Positions 26,990 to 36,095 of a stretch of 64,000 nucleotides of DNA are shown here, piece after piece. Below the pieces are notes generated by a model. The model was not told the DNA's origin. It saw only the letters and a program-made list of their open reading frames with translations, and searched no databases. Each line of letters starts with the position of its first letter. The stretch's first letter is position 1. A program made the position numbers and the translations under genes. The stretch covers positions 224,001-288,000 of the forward strand of contig CP147779.1 in NCBI GenBank assembly GCA_037308085.1, written 5' to 3'. The stretch is from Promethearchaeati archaeon SRVP18_Atabeyarchaeia-1. Lineage in GTDB: Archaea > Asgardarchaeota > Atabeyarchaeia > Atabeyarchaeales > Atabeyarchaeaceae.

Positions 26990-29677
26990 CTAGTCTAGAT
27001 TCTCTGCCAGCTTGAATCCTTTTGCTTCCCTGCTGTTTCCCTCGACGACCTGGCAGAACAAGCCCAGTTCTCTCTTCACGTCAACTTGGTCATTGGTCGA
27101 GACGCCGTAAGCAAACGTGGGTGCCCTAACGATAAGCGCTCGGCCCTCCAATTCCTTCTTGACAAGTCTCGACGCAACGGCGGCCACAATCTTGAGGTCG
27201 TTGACTGATGTCTCAGTGCGCACAATGGCTCCTGTCGCTGATGATGAAGCATTCTTTATCTGAAGGGCAACTACTTCACTTTGAGCCTCGTTCAAGACCT
27301 TATTCTGCTCTCTTTTCTCCTCAAGGTTTTTCTCTACAGTTTTGACAACACTCTCTATTGATGAACCAGTAAGCAAGCTCAGTGCTTTTACTGATTCGTC
27401 GAGTCCTTGAACATAGCTTACAGCAGGTTCGCCTGAAACAAAGTTCAGTCTGACCACGCCGTCTTGGATCCGTTCCGTTGAAAGTATCTTCACCAGTCCC
27501 AATTCGCCCGTTGATGAGCAGTGTGTTCCGCCACATGCCTCCACGTCAAAGCCCTGAATCTCTACGACCCTAATCCGCTTTCCAGGAACCGCTCCCCCTT
27601 GATACAGCCTAAACCCGTACTTATTCTCAGCCTGATCTCTATCCATGATGTTAACGCTGACAGGCCTGTTCTGCATGACTACCTGATTTGCGAGATACTC
27701 GATTCTTTTTTCTTCATCTGGCGACAGCGCTCTGAAATGCGTGATATCCAGTCTTGATTTCTTTGAAGTTTTCTCAGCCCCAGCCTGCCAGACGTGTGGA
27801 CCAAGCACCTCGCGTGCAGACGCGTTGAGCACGTGCGTCGCAGTGTGGTGCCTCATCAATGCTTGCCTCTTTTCCCAGTCAACCTCTCCACGCACCATGG
27901 CGCCCTTCTCAAGTTCTACTGGTCTATTCATCTCGTGCACTATTATGTTGCCATGCTTTATTACGTTGACAACTTTTACGCCACCTATCGTACCTGCATC
28001 GAACTCCTGACCCCCCGATGTTGGGTAGAATAGCGTTCTGTCTAGGACAAGGTACCTGCGATCCAAGACCTCTATGACACGCGCTTTGAATTCTTTTTCC
28101 TTCGGCTGATCATAGTATAGCGGGATCGTTTCGGGTATCTTCAAGGATTCCAGACTGGGAAAAGCGGGAGCAACTTGCTTGCTTGGTTTCGTCTCCTCCG
28201 CTCTTGATGAGTGTTTTTGCTGCACTACTAGGCTGAAGTCCTCAGGTATGGAGACCTGACCTCCCTGTTTCTCGGCGATCTCCTTAACTGTCTCCGGAGT
28301 TATGCCATGAGACTCGTAGAGTTCAACCAAACTGGCTGTGCTTATTGTCTTCTTGGACTTGATTAGTCTCTCAACCAATGCCTTGCCCTTCTCAAGGCTC
28401 TGCGCATATCTCTGAGTTTCCAGCTTGACTATCTCAAAAAGCGAACCTATCTCGTTCAGCTCCGTGAACCACGAACCAAATTCATCAATGTGCCATTGAA
28501 TTACGTCCTCAAGTTTAACATTCATTTTTCTTTCATCGATTAGGCTAAGTGCTCTCCTAAGAATATACCTTAGGTTGTACCCTCCCCCAACGTTGCTTGG
28601 CAGCGCGCCATCATGTATTGCGACTAGGAGAGAGCGAGCATGCTCAGCAATCGAGTAGAGCGATCTAATTGAGCCAACCTCACTTCTCAGGGTCTCGACA
28701 TCGACACCCGCGAATGATGCAGCGGAACGCCACATCTGCTCGGCGTCCTCTATTTCGGTGACATCAAACTTTCCTGCGAAGAGGTAGAACTTCTGTAGAA
28801 CCTCTTGATCAGGTCTAAGCCCCGTTGCATGATAGAGCCGATCCAGAACCTTAGGGAAGACAACGTCGTAACTTGTCGAAGTGCCATTGCAGAGCCAAGG
28901 GTATCTCTCTAGCCCAGTTCCATGATCTATCACCGTTGTCTGCAGTTCCCTTGAACTCCCGTCTGGGAGCTGCTCGAACTGCATGAAAACCTGGTTGCCA
29001 AGCTCCAAGCCTCTAACAAAATACTCGATACTGGGTCCGAAGTTTCCTCCCCCAGCCCACACATCCTCTACGAAGGTGATCTCATTCGCAGGAATGCCCA
29101 GCCCAGAGGTCATCCGCTCGTAGTTGTATCGGATGCATTCGTCCTTGAAGTAAATGAATTTGCCAGGCTTGTTGAAAACATGTTGACCGACCATTATGAA
29201 ACCTGTGTAGTGTCTTCCTGTGAGCCCAACGTTGTCAATGTCATTGAACCTAAGGCAGAACTGTGGTACGATTAGGGGATTCGCGGGAGGGTCGACCTCA
29301 CCTGAGACTACGTGAGGCTGAAAATCGTAGATTGATGCTTCGACGAAGTAGACGTCATCTCTCCAGCGAGCAACAACGGGGTATCTACGTATTGCGGTAT
29401 GCTTGAATTTGGAGAACACACTGACAAACTCATCCCAGCATTCCTTGTATGAGAACCTTTTCTTTGTTGGAGGTGAACCTATGAAGTGATATCCACCAAT
29501 GCAAGATGGGTCTCCGCAGGCGCCTGCATCTGGATTGATCGTCCAGTAGTTATTCCCGCATGCTGGGCATTTCTTGCGAGTGAATCCCAGTTCCTTAAGG
29601 GTCTCGGCTGGATAGAATTTGCTGTAGTCTTTGGCAAAATCTGACTTCAATTGCCTCTTCAGTGACTTCGTGTCCAT
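26990..29677 (-). CDS. alaS: Alanyl-tRNA synthetase
   Basis: RYPVVARWR, WAGGGN, FYPTSGGQ, HHTATH, EACGGTH. Confidence 0.97.
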   Translation of the reverse strand: MDTKSLKRQLKSDFAKDYSKFYPAETLKELGFTRKKCPACGNNYWTINPDAGACGDPSCIGGYHFIGSPPTKKRFSYKECWDEFVSVFSKFKHTAIRRYPVVARWRDDVYFVEASIYDFQPHVVSGEVDPPANPLIVPQFCLRFNDIDNVGLTGRHYTGFIMVGQHVFNKPGKFIYFKDECIRYNYERMTSGLGIPANEITFVEDVWAGGGNFGPSIEYFVRGLELGNQVFMQFEQLPDGSSRELQTTVIDHGTGLERYPWLCNGTSTSYDVVFPKVLDRLYHATGLRPDQEVLQKFYLFAGKFDVTEIEDAEQMWRSAASFAGVDVETLRSEVGSIRSLYSIAEHARSLLVAIHDGALPSNVGGGYNLRYILRRALSLIDERKMNVKLEDVIQWHIDEFGSWFTELNEIGSLFEIVKLETQRYAQSLEKGKALVERLIKSKKTISTASLVELYESHGITPETVKEIAEKQGGQVSIPEDFSLVVQQKHSSRAEETKPSKQVAPAFPSLESLKIPETIPLYYDQPKEKEFKARVIEVLDRRYLVLDRTLFYPTSGGQEFDAGTIGGVKVVNVIKHGNIIVHEMNRPVELEKGAMVRGEVDWEKRQALMRHHTATHVLNASAREVLGPHVWQAGAEKTSKKSRLDITHFRALSPDEEKRIEYLANQVVMQNRPVSVNIMDRDQAENKYGFRLYQGGAVPGKRIRVVEIQGFDVEACGGTHCSSTGELGLVKILSTERIQDGVVRLNFVSGEPAVSYVQGLDESVKALSLLTGSSIESVVKTVEKNLEEKREQNKVLNEAQSEVVALQIKNASSSATGAIVRTETSVNDLKIVAAVASRLVKKELEGRALIVRAPTFAYGVSTNDQVDVKRELGLFCQVVEGNSREAKGFKLAENLD

Positions 29678-29958
29678 GTTTCGAACCAGCATTCATCTGA
29701 TGGTCGAGCGCTTCTGGAAACATCCAGGCTTGGCGACAAGCTGATTCAGAAAAAGGAATCAGCACGTCGTTCTCTAAGGTACTAGACCTTTCCTAATTAG
29801 ATAATAGGACGACTTAATATAGCTTGTCGAGAAGGTTTCACGTCGCCTTGTCCCGCGAGAGGGGAATGGCAAAATTAAAAATGGATTGATGGTCTGATCT
29901 AGCCAGTGTTCATTCGCACGCCGACCATAGCTGTGAATAGGAGAGCTAGAATGAAATC

Positions 29959-30618
29959 ATGATCTTGGGTGACAACTTGGTTGAGGCTGCTAGGGATCTT
30001 CGCTACCTCTTATCGCGCGGTTACAGCAGAGAAGCGTCAGTAAGGTTTGTTGCAACGGGGCACGGAGTCACTCTGGGAGAAAGATACATTCTGATGAGGG
30101 CCGTGTACGACGACGCGGAAGCGGAGAAGAGACGAAGAAAACTCGTCAGCCTCGACGAAATAAGGGGGGAGACGGTCTCAATCGACGGCTACAACCTCCT
30201 AATTACCGTTGAAAGCATGCTTGCCAAGAAGCTACTTGTTCAGTGCGACGACAATATTACTAGGGATGTCTCGGGGGTCTTCGGAAAACACAAGATAACG
30301 ACAGTGACGACGCAGGCACTTAGCCTGATCCTAAGGAAACTAAAGGACCATGCTCCAAAGGAAGTGCGCTTCACATACGATAAGCAGGTGAGTAAGAGCG
30401 GAGAGCTCGCCTCTCAGACGCGGATGATGATGGCAGAATTCGAACTGAAAGGAACAGCTACGACAGCCCTGAAGACAGACATTGCCACACTTGAGTCAGG
30501 AGGAGTAACTGTAAGTAGCGACAGCGTCGTGGTTGACAGAGCAAAGAGAATACTCGATCTCGCCGGAGAACTCGCTCGCCAGGAATCTTACAGCAACATC
30601 CTACGCCTCCCGCATTGA
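29959..30618 (+). CDS. DUF434 family PIN-like protein
   Basis: DLRYLLSRGY, IDGYN, DDNITRD, SKSGEL, SSD. Confidence 0.85.
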   Translation: MILGDNLVEAARDLRYLLSRGYSREASVRFVATGHGVTLGERYILMRAVYDDAEAEKRRRKLVSLDEIRGETVSIDGYNLLITVESMLAKKLLVQCDDNITRDVSGVFGKHKITTVTTQALSLILRKLKDHAPKEVRFTYDKQVSKSGELASQTRMMMAEFELKGTATTALKTDIATLESGGVTVSSDSVVVDRAKRILDLAGELARQESYSNILRLPH

Positions 30619-30688
30619 GGCATTTGAGAAAAAACATTTTAATAGCATCAAGTAAGTAATAACTAGCCTAAATACTGGGTCAATAATA

Positions 30689-30786
30689 GGGCCCGTGGCC
30701 TAGTCAGGATAGGGCGTCAGCCCTCTATGCAGCGGACAGGCAAGGAAAGCTGATGGTCGTGGGTTCAAATCCCACCGGGCCCGCCA
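30689..30786 (+). tRNA. tRNA-Arg(TCT) with 20-nt intron at 37/38 (30728-30747), atypical C33
   Basis: Same body as the other tRNA-Arg genes; stem TCAGC/GCTGA; relaxed BHB CCTC/AAGG, bulges TAT and AAA. Confidence 0.85.
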
Positions 30787-30979
30787 GTCTGTTCTGAGGC
30801 TAAAGGTTGCAGGACAGCTATTTATGCAGAGGATCATCCATATCATCATATGTTTTGAAGAAATCGGAGTCACCTTCCTTCAAGTATGCCAGAGCTGTGT
30901 CAATAGCTGAAGAGTCTAACCTTATTTCTTGTCTATTGTGTAGAGTGACCGTCGCGCGCTTCGCCCCCGTCACAATCGA

Positions 30980-32698
30980 TCAGGTTCTGACCATGCTCCT
31001 GACCTGGGTGAATATCTCTTCCCGAATTAGCTTCTGCAGTTCGTCGAGGCTATTTAGTGGACGTTTCCTCATTATGTTGGAAACTTCTCTCTGGGAGACT
31101 CTCGGCAATGCCTGGAGCAACCTCGGTGTAGCCGTATTTATGTTGAGGGGAAAAGGTACGCCTGTCACTGAACGGTATCCGTGGCTTACGACTGTTGCGT
31201 CAAGCCACTCGTTAAGCTGGACCTTTTCAGGTATCGTCACGAGTAACGGGTATGTTCCGACCTGCCTGGCATGGGTCATTCTACCTTCATGGGTCTCCGT
31301 TCTGACGCGCCGAAGGACCGTTCCAGTTGGAACTAGCCTCCGAAGCATCGGAAGATCCACTTCGGTTCTCATCTTGTCCTTATAGGCAGCGAAAATACTC
31401 TTGTTTCTTCGAACTATCCTATTCCCGATCTCATTCATCCTCGTGCCTGGGAATGGTATTACCTGCCTTATGTTTATCCGTCTTACAAGCAGACCGAGTC
31501 TAAGAATATCCTTCATGAACTCCAAGTTGAGTCTGTAGCTTTCTCTGGTCTCACCCATCAGACCATAGAGGAAGTTAATTCCAGGAAGTAGCTCGGGCAG
31601 CCCGTTGGATCCTCTCACGGCTCCAACCTTGTTGATTAGCTGAATAGCTGACAACACCTGCTCAGGGCTTGCCTTCAGATTGTTCATCTTTATTACGGAA
31701 GGATCGACACTCTCAACCCCGAATGCTGCAACATCACCTGGCGTGTGGTACTTCACTATTGTTTTAGCTATCTCTTCGCATTCCTTGGGATACCTTGCTA
31801 TTACTCCTGGATTTGCATTGTCGATGTGCAGTGTCTCTATATCGGGGCATTCAGATCTAATGCCTCCGAACAACTTCTTCAATGCGTCTGGATTCGGTTT
31901 GGGAAACTCTTCTTCACCAACACCTATGGCCATATAGCTGAATATGTCTGGCTGCCGACCTAGGCGGAAGTGCCTGACCCCTGCTTTGTGAAGAGCCTTA
32001 ACTTCGTCGACGATGTCGATTATTGGTCTGAAGTCTGGCAATCCATAGAGAGGCTCTATGCAGAAGGAGCAGCCTCCTGATATACATCTCGGGCATCCTC
32101 GATAGGTCTCCACTTCACAAATCAGTGTTTCAGGGTAGTTTGGATGCTGCTTGACGATCTCTGCACCCTTCACAGCATATTGCGCTATTTCGTGGGCACT
32201 GCTTCTCTTCACTTCTCTGTCAATCCTGTCTTCATGCAATTTCTCTCTCACTAATTGTGAGACAACGACCTCGACATCGCCATGAGCCACAACATCGAAT
32301 AATGAGGAGATCATCTTGTCAGGTCTTTCAGCAATCTTTCCTCCTTCGACACCGCAACCGAATGTCGCTGCTGGACCTCCTAACACTTTGACGGGTTTAC
32401 TGACCATCTTCATGTAATGAGTGATTTCCTTCAAGTCCCCAGGTGTACCTCCTAAGTACTTCCCTGGCACAGCGACTCCAGCTATGACAACAAGAAGATC
32501 CAAGCGGTTCAATTGGGAGAGTATATCCGATGCGAATCGTCGTGTTTGATCCACAGTGAAGTAGCGTGTTGTACTCTCCGGATTTGAATGGGAAATTGCG
32601 CCTGCCACGTAGCGTGGGTAGGGGGAAAGGTACGGCGGCACCCCCAGACATGCCGGCTCATCAACATAGCAATCAAGTATACCAGCTTTCACTCTCAT
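30980..32698 (-). CDS. Archaeal radical SAM protein with TRAM-like and C-terminal HhH domains
   Basis: DCYVDEPACLGVPPY, RGCPRCISGGCSFC, NINTA HhH. Confidence 0.88.
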   Translation of the reverse strand: MRVKAGILDCYVDEPACLGVPPYLSPYPRYVAGAISHSNPESTTRYFTVDQTRRFASDILSQLNRLDLLVVIAGVAVPGKYLGGTPGDLKEITHYMKMVSKPVKVLGGPAATFGCGVEGGKIAERPDKMISSLFDVVAHGDVEVVVSQLVREKLHEDRIDREVKRSSAHEIAQYAVKGAEIVKQHPNYPETLICEVETYRGCPRCISGGCSFCIEPLYGLPDFRPIIDIVDEVKALHKAGVRHFRLGRQPDIFSYMAIGVGEEEFPKPNPDALKKLFGGIRSECPDIETLHIDNANPGVIARYPKECEEIAKTIVKYHTPGDVAAFGVESVDPSVIKMNNLKASPEQVLSAIQLINKVGAVRGSNGLPELLPGINFLYGLMGETRESYRLNLEFMKDILRLGLLVRRINIRQVIPFPGTRMNEIGNRIVRRNKSIFAAYKDKMRTEVDLPMLRRLVPTGTVLRRVRTETHEGRMTHARQVGTYPLLVTIPEKVQLNEWLDATVVSHGYRSVTGVPFPLNINTATPRLLQALPRVSQREVSNIMRKRPLNSLDELQKLIREEIFTQVRSMVRT

Positions 32699-32868
32699 CT
32701 TCTCCGAATCAGAAAGAACCAGCGGCCACTTACTGATTTACCATTCCTACATCAATCTACTTGCTGCAGTCTTAAATAATCGCGAGGTAACGGTTTCCCT
32801 CGGGCATTTCGTGGATTGCGTTAAGATTCTTTAGCTTGCACAGTCTCCACGACCGAGAGAGCTGACAA

Positions 32869-33777
32869 TCACTTGTGCCTAAGCGACTCTGCGATCGCGT
32901 GCATTTCCGCAATGTCAGGTGCGCTCGAAGAACTGAGGAAGATATGGAGCATTCTGCCACCGGCAGAAGGATATGGAACAACTACTTCGTGGTGCATGGT
33001 CTTCTTTGCCGACCATACGTGCCACTCGACATCGGCGCCCAGCAATTGTTCTTTTGGTTTTGTGAACCTCACTTTTTCACGCTCGTGGTGGTAGCTGGGG
33101 TGGTCGCCGATATACACCCCGAGCTGGGAACTCGGCGCTCCCAAAGGGACCACCTTCTGCAGCCGATAGACTGTAAAATCTAGTCCAGGCTGCGCCGTGA
33201 GCGCATATCCATCGGGGACTAGGGCGGTAAATGCTCCAATCTCGCGCGGGCCGCCTTTGAGGTTGAGCACCTTGTCGCCGGGTGCAATGGTCGCGGCGAT
33301 TGAGCGAGCCAACTTTACGCAACCTGCCGCGTCCGCGCCTGCCTTGCGGTTGACGAAGAACCCGAGCAATTGGACCAAGCCGTCTTCATGGTTCATGACC
33401 ACGGATAGGACAGGGACGGCGGTCTTGTGAAGATCCAGCTTTGCCGGTGAAATGAGGAATCCGCGACTCTCGCGCGCTTCTATCCTAGCGCCACCCATCT
33501 CCCACGTGTCGACCATCTTCTTGACCTGCCTCTCAAAGTCTTTGCTGGCCGTTCTAAGAAGCTCGTATGCCATGACGATTAGGCGCTCGTCGCCCGCATC
33601 CAGCACGACGCGTGACTCTTCCTCCGCTGATTCTGCGGCGGACATAATGTTCTCGTGTCGCGCTTCGAGCTTAGCGCCCGCGGGCATCCGGATCGTGAGA
33701 CGCCCATTCAAGAGCTTCAGCGGCCGATCCACAAGTTCCAGTTGCCTCAACTTGCCTTGAGCCATTTTACACCACAT
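32869..33777 (-). CDS. Hypothetical protein, GC-richer than its neighbours
   Basis: 302-aa ORF filling the gap; no recognised motif. Confidence 0.65.
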   Translation of the reverse strand: MWCKMAQGKLRQLELVDRPLKLLNGRLTIRMPAGAKLEARHENIMSAAESAEEESRVVLDAGDERLIVMAYELLRTASKDFERQVKKMVDTWEMGGARIEARESRGFLISPAKLDLHKTAVPVLSVVMNHEDGLVQLLGFFVNRKAGADAAGCVKLARSIAATIAPGDKVLNLKGGPREIGAFTALVPDGYALTAQPGLDFTVYRLQKVVPLGAPSSQLGVYIGDHPSYHHEREKVRFTKPKEQLLGADVEWHVWSAKKTMHHEVVVPYPSAGGRMLHIFLSSSSAPDIAEMHAIAESLRHK

Positions 33778-33933
33778 TTCATTTTGGATTGGTGATGTTC
33801 GGTATACGTTATTGCTTACTTAAACGTGCCGAGAGTCCTCCTCGCGGAAAAGCTATTCCGAGCCAAGAAAATGCTGCGCCTAGCCTCTCAGACGCTTCGG
33901 TTTCTTCAGCCACTAACCGGAAACCAAGATGTT

Positions 33934-34263
33934 CTACTTCTCCATCGTTCTGAACCGCGGGGGGGCGACTCGCTCCTCCTTGCACTTCGGGCATTTCTTC
34001 GGGCGCCGAGGTTTCTTCAGACTTTTGAATACGAAGCCACATGCCCTACACGTGGGGGGAAACATAATTACGCATTCCCGCCCTCTCGACTCCGCGTAGA
34101 CGCTTTTAGCAATGTGGTCTAGGTCCTCATAGATTGTCTCCACATCAATGCGTTCGCCGAGCAATGCTACTATGTCTTCAACGGAGAGCGGGTTCTTGGA
34201 GTCTTTCAGCATCCGCTGTATCCGTTCGCGCCTGCTTAGCATCAACATAGTGATGAGAACCAT
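33934..34263 (-). CDS. HTH + Zn-ribbon transcriptional regulator
   Basis: RRERI..L, YEDLDHIAKS, CRACGF..CPKC. Confidence 0.88.
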   Translation of the reverse strand: MVLITMLMLSRRERIQRMLKDSKNPLSVEDIVALLGERIDVETIYEDLDHIAKSVYAESRGRECVIMFPPTCRACGFVFKSLKKPRRPKKCPKCKEERVAPPRFRTMEK

Positions 34264-34292
34264 CTCTGCCAGTTTGTGAATGGATCCGTAGT

Positions 34293-35315
34293 CTACTTGA
34301 AGTGCTCATAGCCCTTGGGCTCTATCTTCCTGACTCTGCCCCCTTCGGTCTTCAGGGTGACATGGCGTTCCCTCGTTGCTTCCCCTATCTTGTACAGAAT
34401 CCCTCCAGCTTGCTTTATGGCCTTCTGAGCCGCGTCCCACAATCCATGCTTGACCGTAACTACCAACTCATACTCTTCCCCCCCATAAAGCGCCAAGTCC
34501 AGCGGGTCAAGCCTGTTTTCATCAGCAAACCTGAGTACTTCCCGCGGTATGGGAATATCCTCGACACGGAACCCCACCTTGCTTGATCTTGCGAGCTCGT
34601 GCATAGCCCAAGCTAACCCATCAGAGCTATCTATCGACGAAGAAAGACACTTAGACTTGCCCAGGGCCACTCCCTCAAAGACCCGCGCCCTCGGCTCACA
34701 GACCGCCGCAACCAACCGCCGCCTAATTTTAGCATCAGCACGTTCTCTCCCGAGCAGGAGCTTCAACCCAGCCCCAGTCAAACCAAACTGACCAGTTACA
34801 GCCAACGCGTCCCCCACTGAAGCTCCGCTTCTCCTTACCAAGTTCGACTCCTCCGCGAAGCCAAAGGCCATCCCAGAAACTATTAGATCACCTGATTCAC
34901 CTGTGTCTCCTCCAACGACACATGCTCCAAACCTCTCAGCTTCAACCGAAACCCCGCGCATCAAGCTTAACGCATCCCCGACAAGGTAGCTGCGCGGCAG
35001 CCCCAGCGATATCATTATGCCCGTCGGCTGAACTCCCTTCGCGCCAAGATCACTGAAATTCATGGTTACAGCCTTCCTTCCAACCTGCCGCGGAGTCATC
35101 CCAGGCGGCACGTCCGTGGCGCCAACAAGCATGTCTGCCTTAACAACAACAACTCTGCCGCCCCCCAGTTGCACCGCCGCCGCATCGTCGCCAGTGGGGA
35201 GAGCTTGCCCTGGACAGGGCTTCAATAATCCCAAAATCTTCTTAACCACCGCGCGCTCCCCAGCATCACCCATTGACAATCCCGACAGATTTCTTGGCAA
35301 AACAATCTCCACCAC
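34293..35315 (-). CDS. thiL: Thiamine-monophosphate kinase
   Basis: GDDAA, NFSDLGAKG, GGDT, DSSDGL, GGEEYEL, GYEHF. Confidence 0.95.
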   Translation of the reverse strand: MVEIVLPRNLSGLSMGDAGERAVVKKILGLLKPCPGQALPTGDDAAAVQLGGGRVVVVKADMLVGATDVPPGMTPRQVGRKAVTMNFSDLGAKGVQPTGIMISLGLPRSYLVGDALSLMRGVSVEAERFGACVVGGDTGESGDLIVSGMAFGFAEESNLVRRSGASVGDALAVTGQFGLTGAGLKLLLGRERADAKIRRRLVAAVCEPRARVFEGVALGKSKCLSSSIDSSDGLAWAMHELARSSKVGFRVEDIPIPREVLRFADENRLDPLDLALYGGEEYELVVTVKHGLWDAAQKAIKQAGGILYKIGEATRERHVTLKTEGGRVRKIEPKGYEHFK

Positions 35316-35534
35316 ACGAGGACACTGCTCCCTTCATATTACTTTGGAGGATAAAAGAATTGACCCGTCAGAGATGCTTCGCCGTCAACTAATGTAACAA
35401 TGGTCGGGGTGGAACCATAGGCTCCGTCTTTGCGCAAGTGAATTCGACGCGACGGCAAATTGGAAAAACTTAAAAAGGAAGAAGCCGAGAATCCACTTAC
35501 AAGGACGATAGAAGGTCCCCGAGTCAGAACACGT

Positions 35535-35744
35535 GCGGAGGTAGCCAATCAAAGCCTTTCACGAAAAGGCTGGGCAAGGCCTGGTCAAAGGCGCAGGAAT
35601 GAGGATCGCCATTTATGGCGAGCATATGTCCTGTTCCGTAGGGATTATGATCCGCCGCAGGGTTGGTGGTGGCGGTTAGTCCCGTATCGTGGGTTCAAAT
35701 GCCGGGTTGGAGCCGCAACTCGGCTGAGACTCCCTCCCTCCGCA
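35535..35744 (+). tRNA. tRNA-Leu(GAG) with four introns (35549-35578, 35605-35627, 35646-35686, 35700-35730)
   Basis: Removing four BHB-like hairpins gives an 85-nt class II cloverleaf; acceptor GCGGAGG/CCTCCGC, A73. Confidence 0.9.
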
Positions 35745-36095
35745 TCAGCTCTTCCGAATTCCTGCCTCTGAAGGACTACTGGCGTCCCTGCTGTGTGGCT
35801 GCTGGGCTGGTTGGTCGCCCGCTATTCTCCTTAACGAGGTTTCTCTCTCCTTTCCCTTCTTTGTGAGTCCTCTGTAGATATTGATTCTTCTGTGCCGACA
35901 TCTTCGTGGTAAGGGGTTGCGTGCCTGGAGCTTCGAAATACTGATAGGGGTTGGGCGTATGGAGCACCGTTGGGTAACTGTTATTTACTACACGCGTTTA
36001 TTCTTGAGGTGTCTCAGTCTTCGTGTTTGTTCTGACTACTGCAAGGGTATGACTGGTGGAGAACTGCTTCTGAGCTCGAGGTGCGGAGAGGAACG

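Noticed and set aside
30722-30748. Reading the third tRNA as Arg(GCG) with two introns
   Set aside because: Would need A33 and has no supporting BHB; a single canonical intron fits better
35460-35866. ORFs 35460-35771 and 35663-35866 (also 7468-7735, 11623-11922, 46053-46268)
   Set aside because: They overlap tRNA genes and have no protein features
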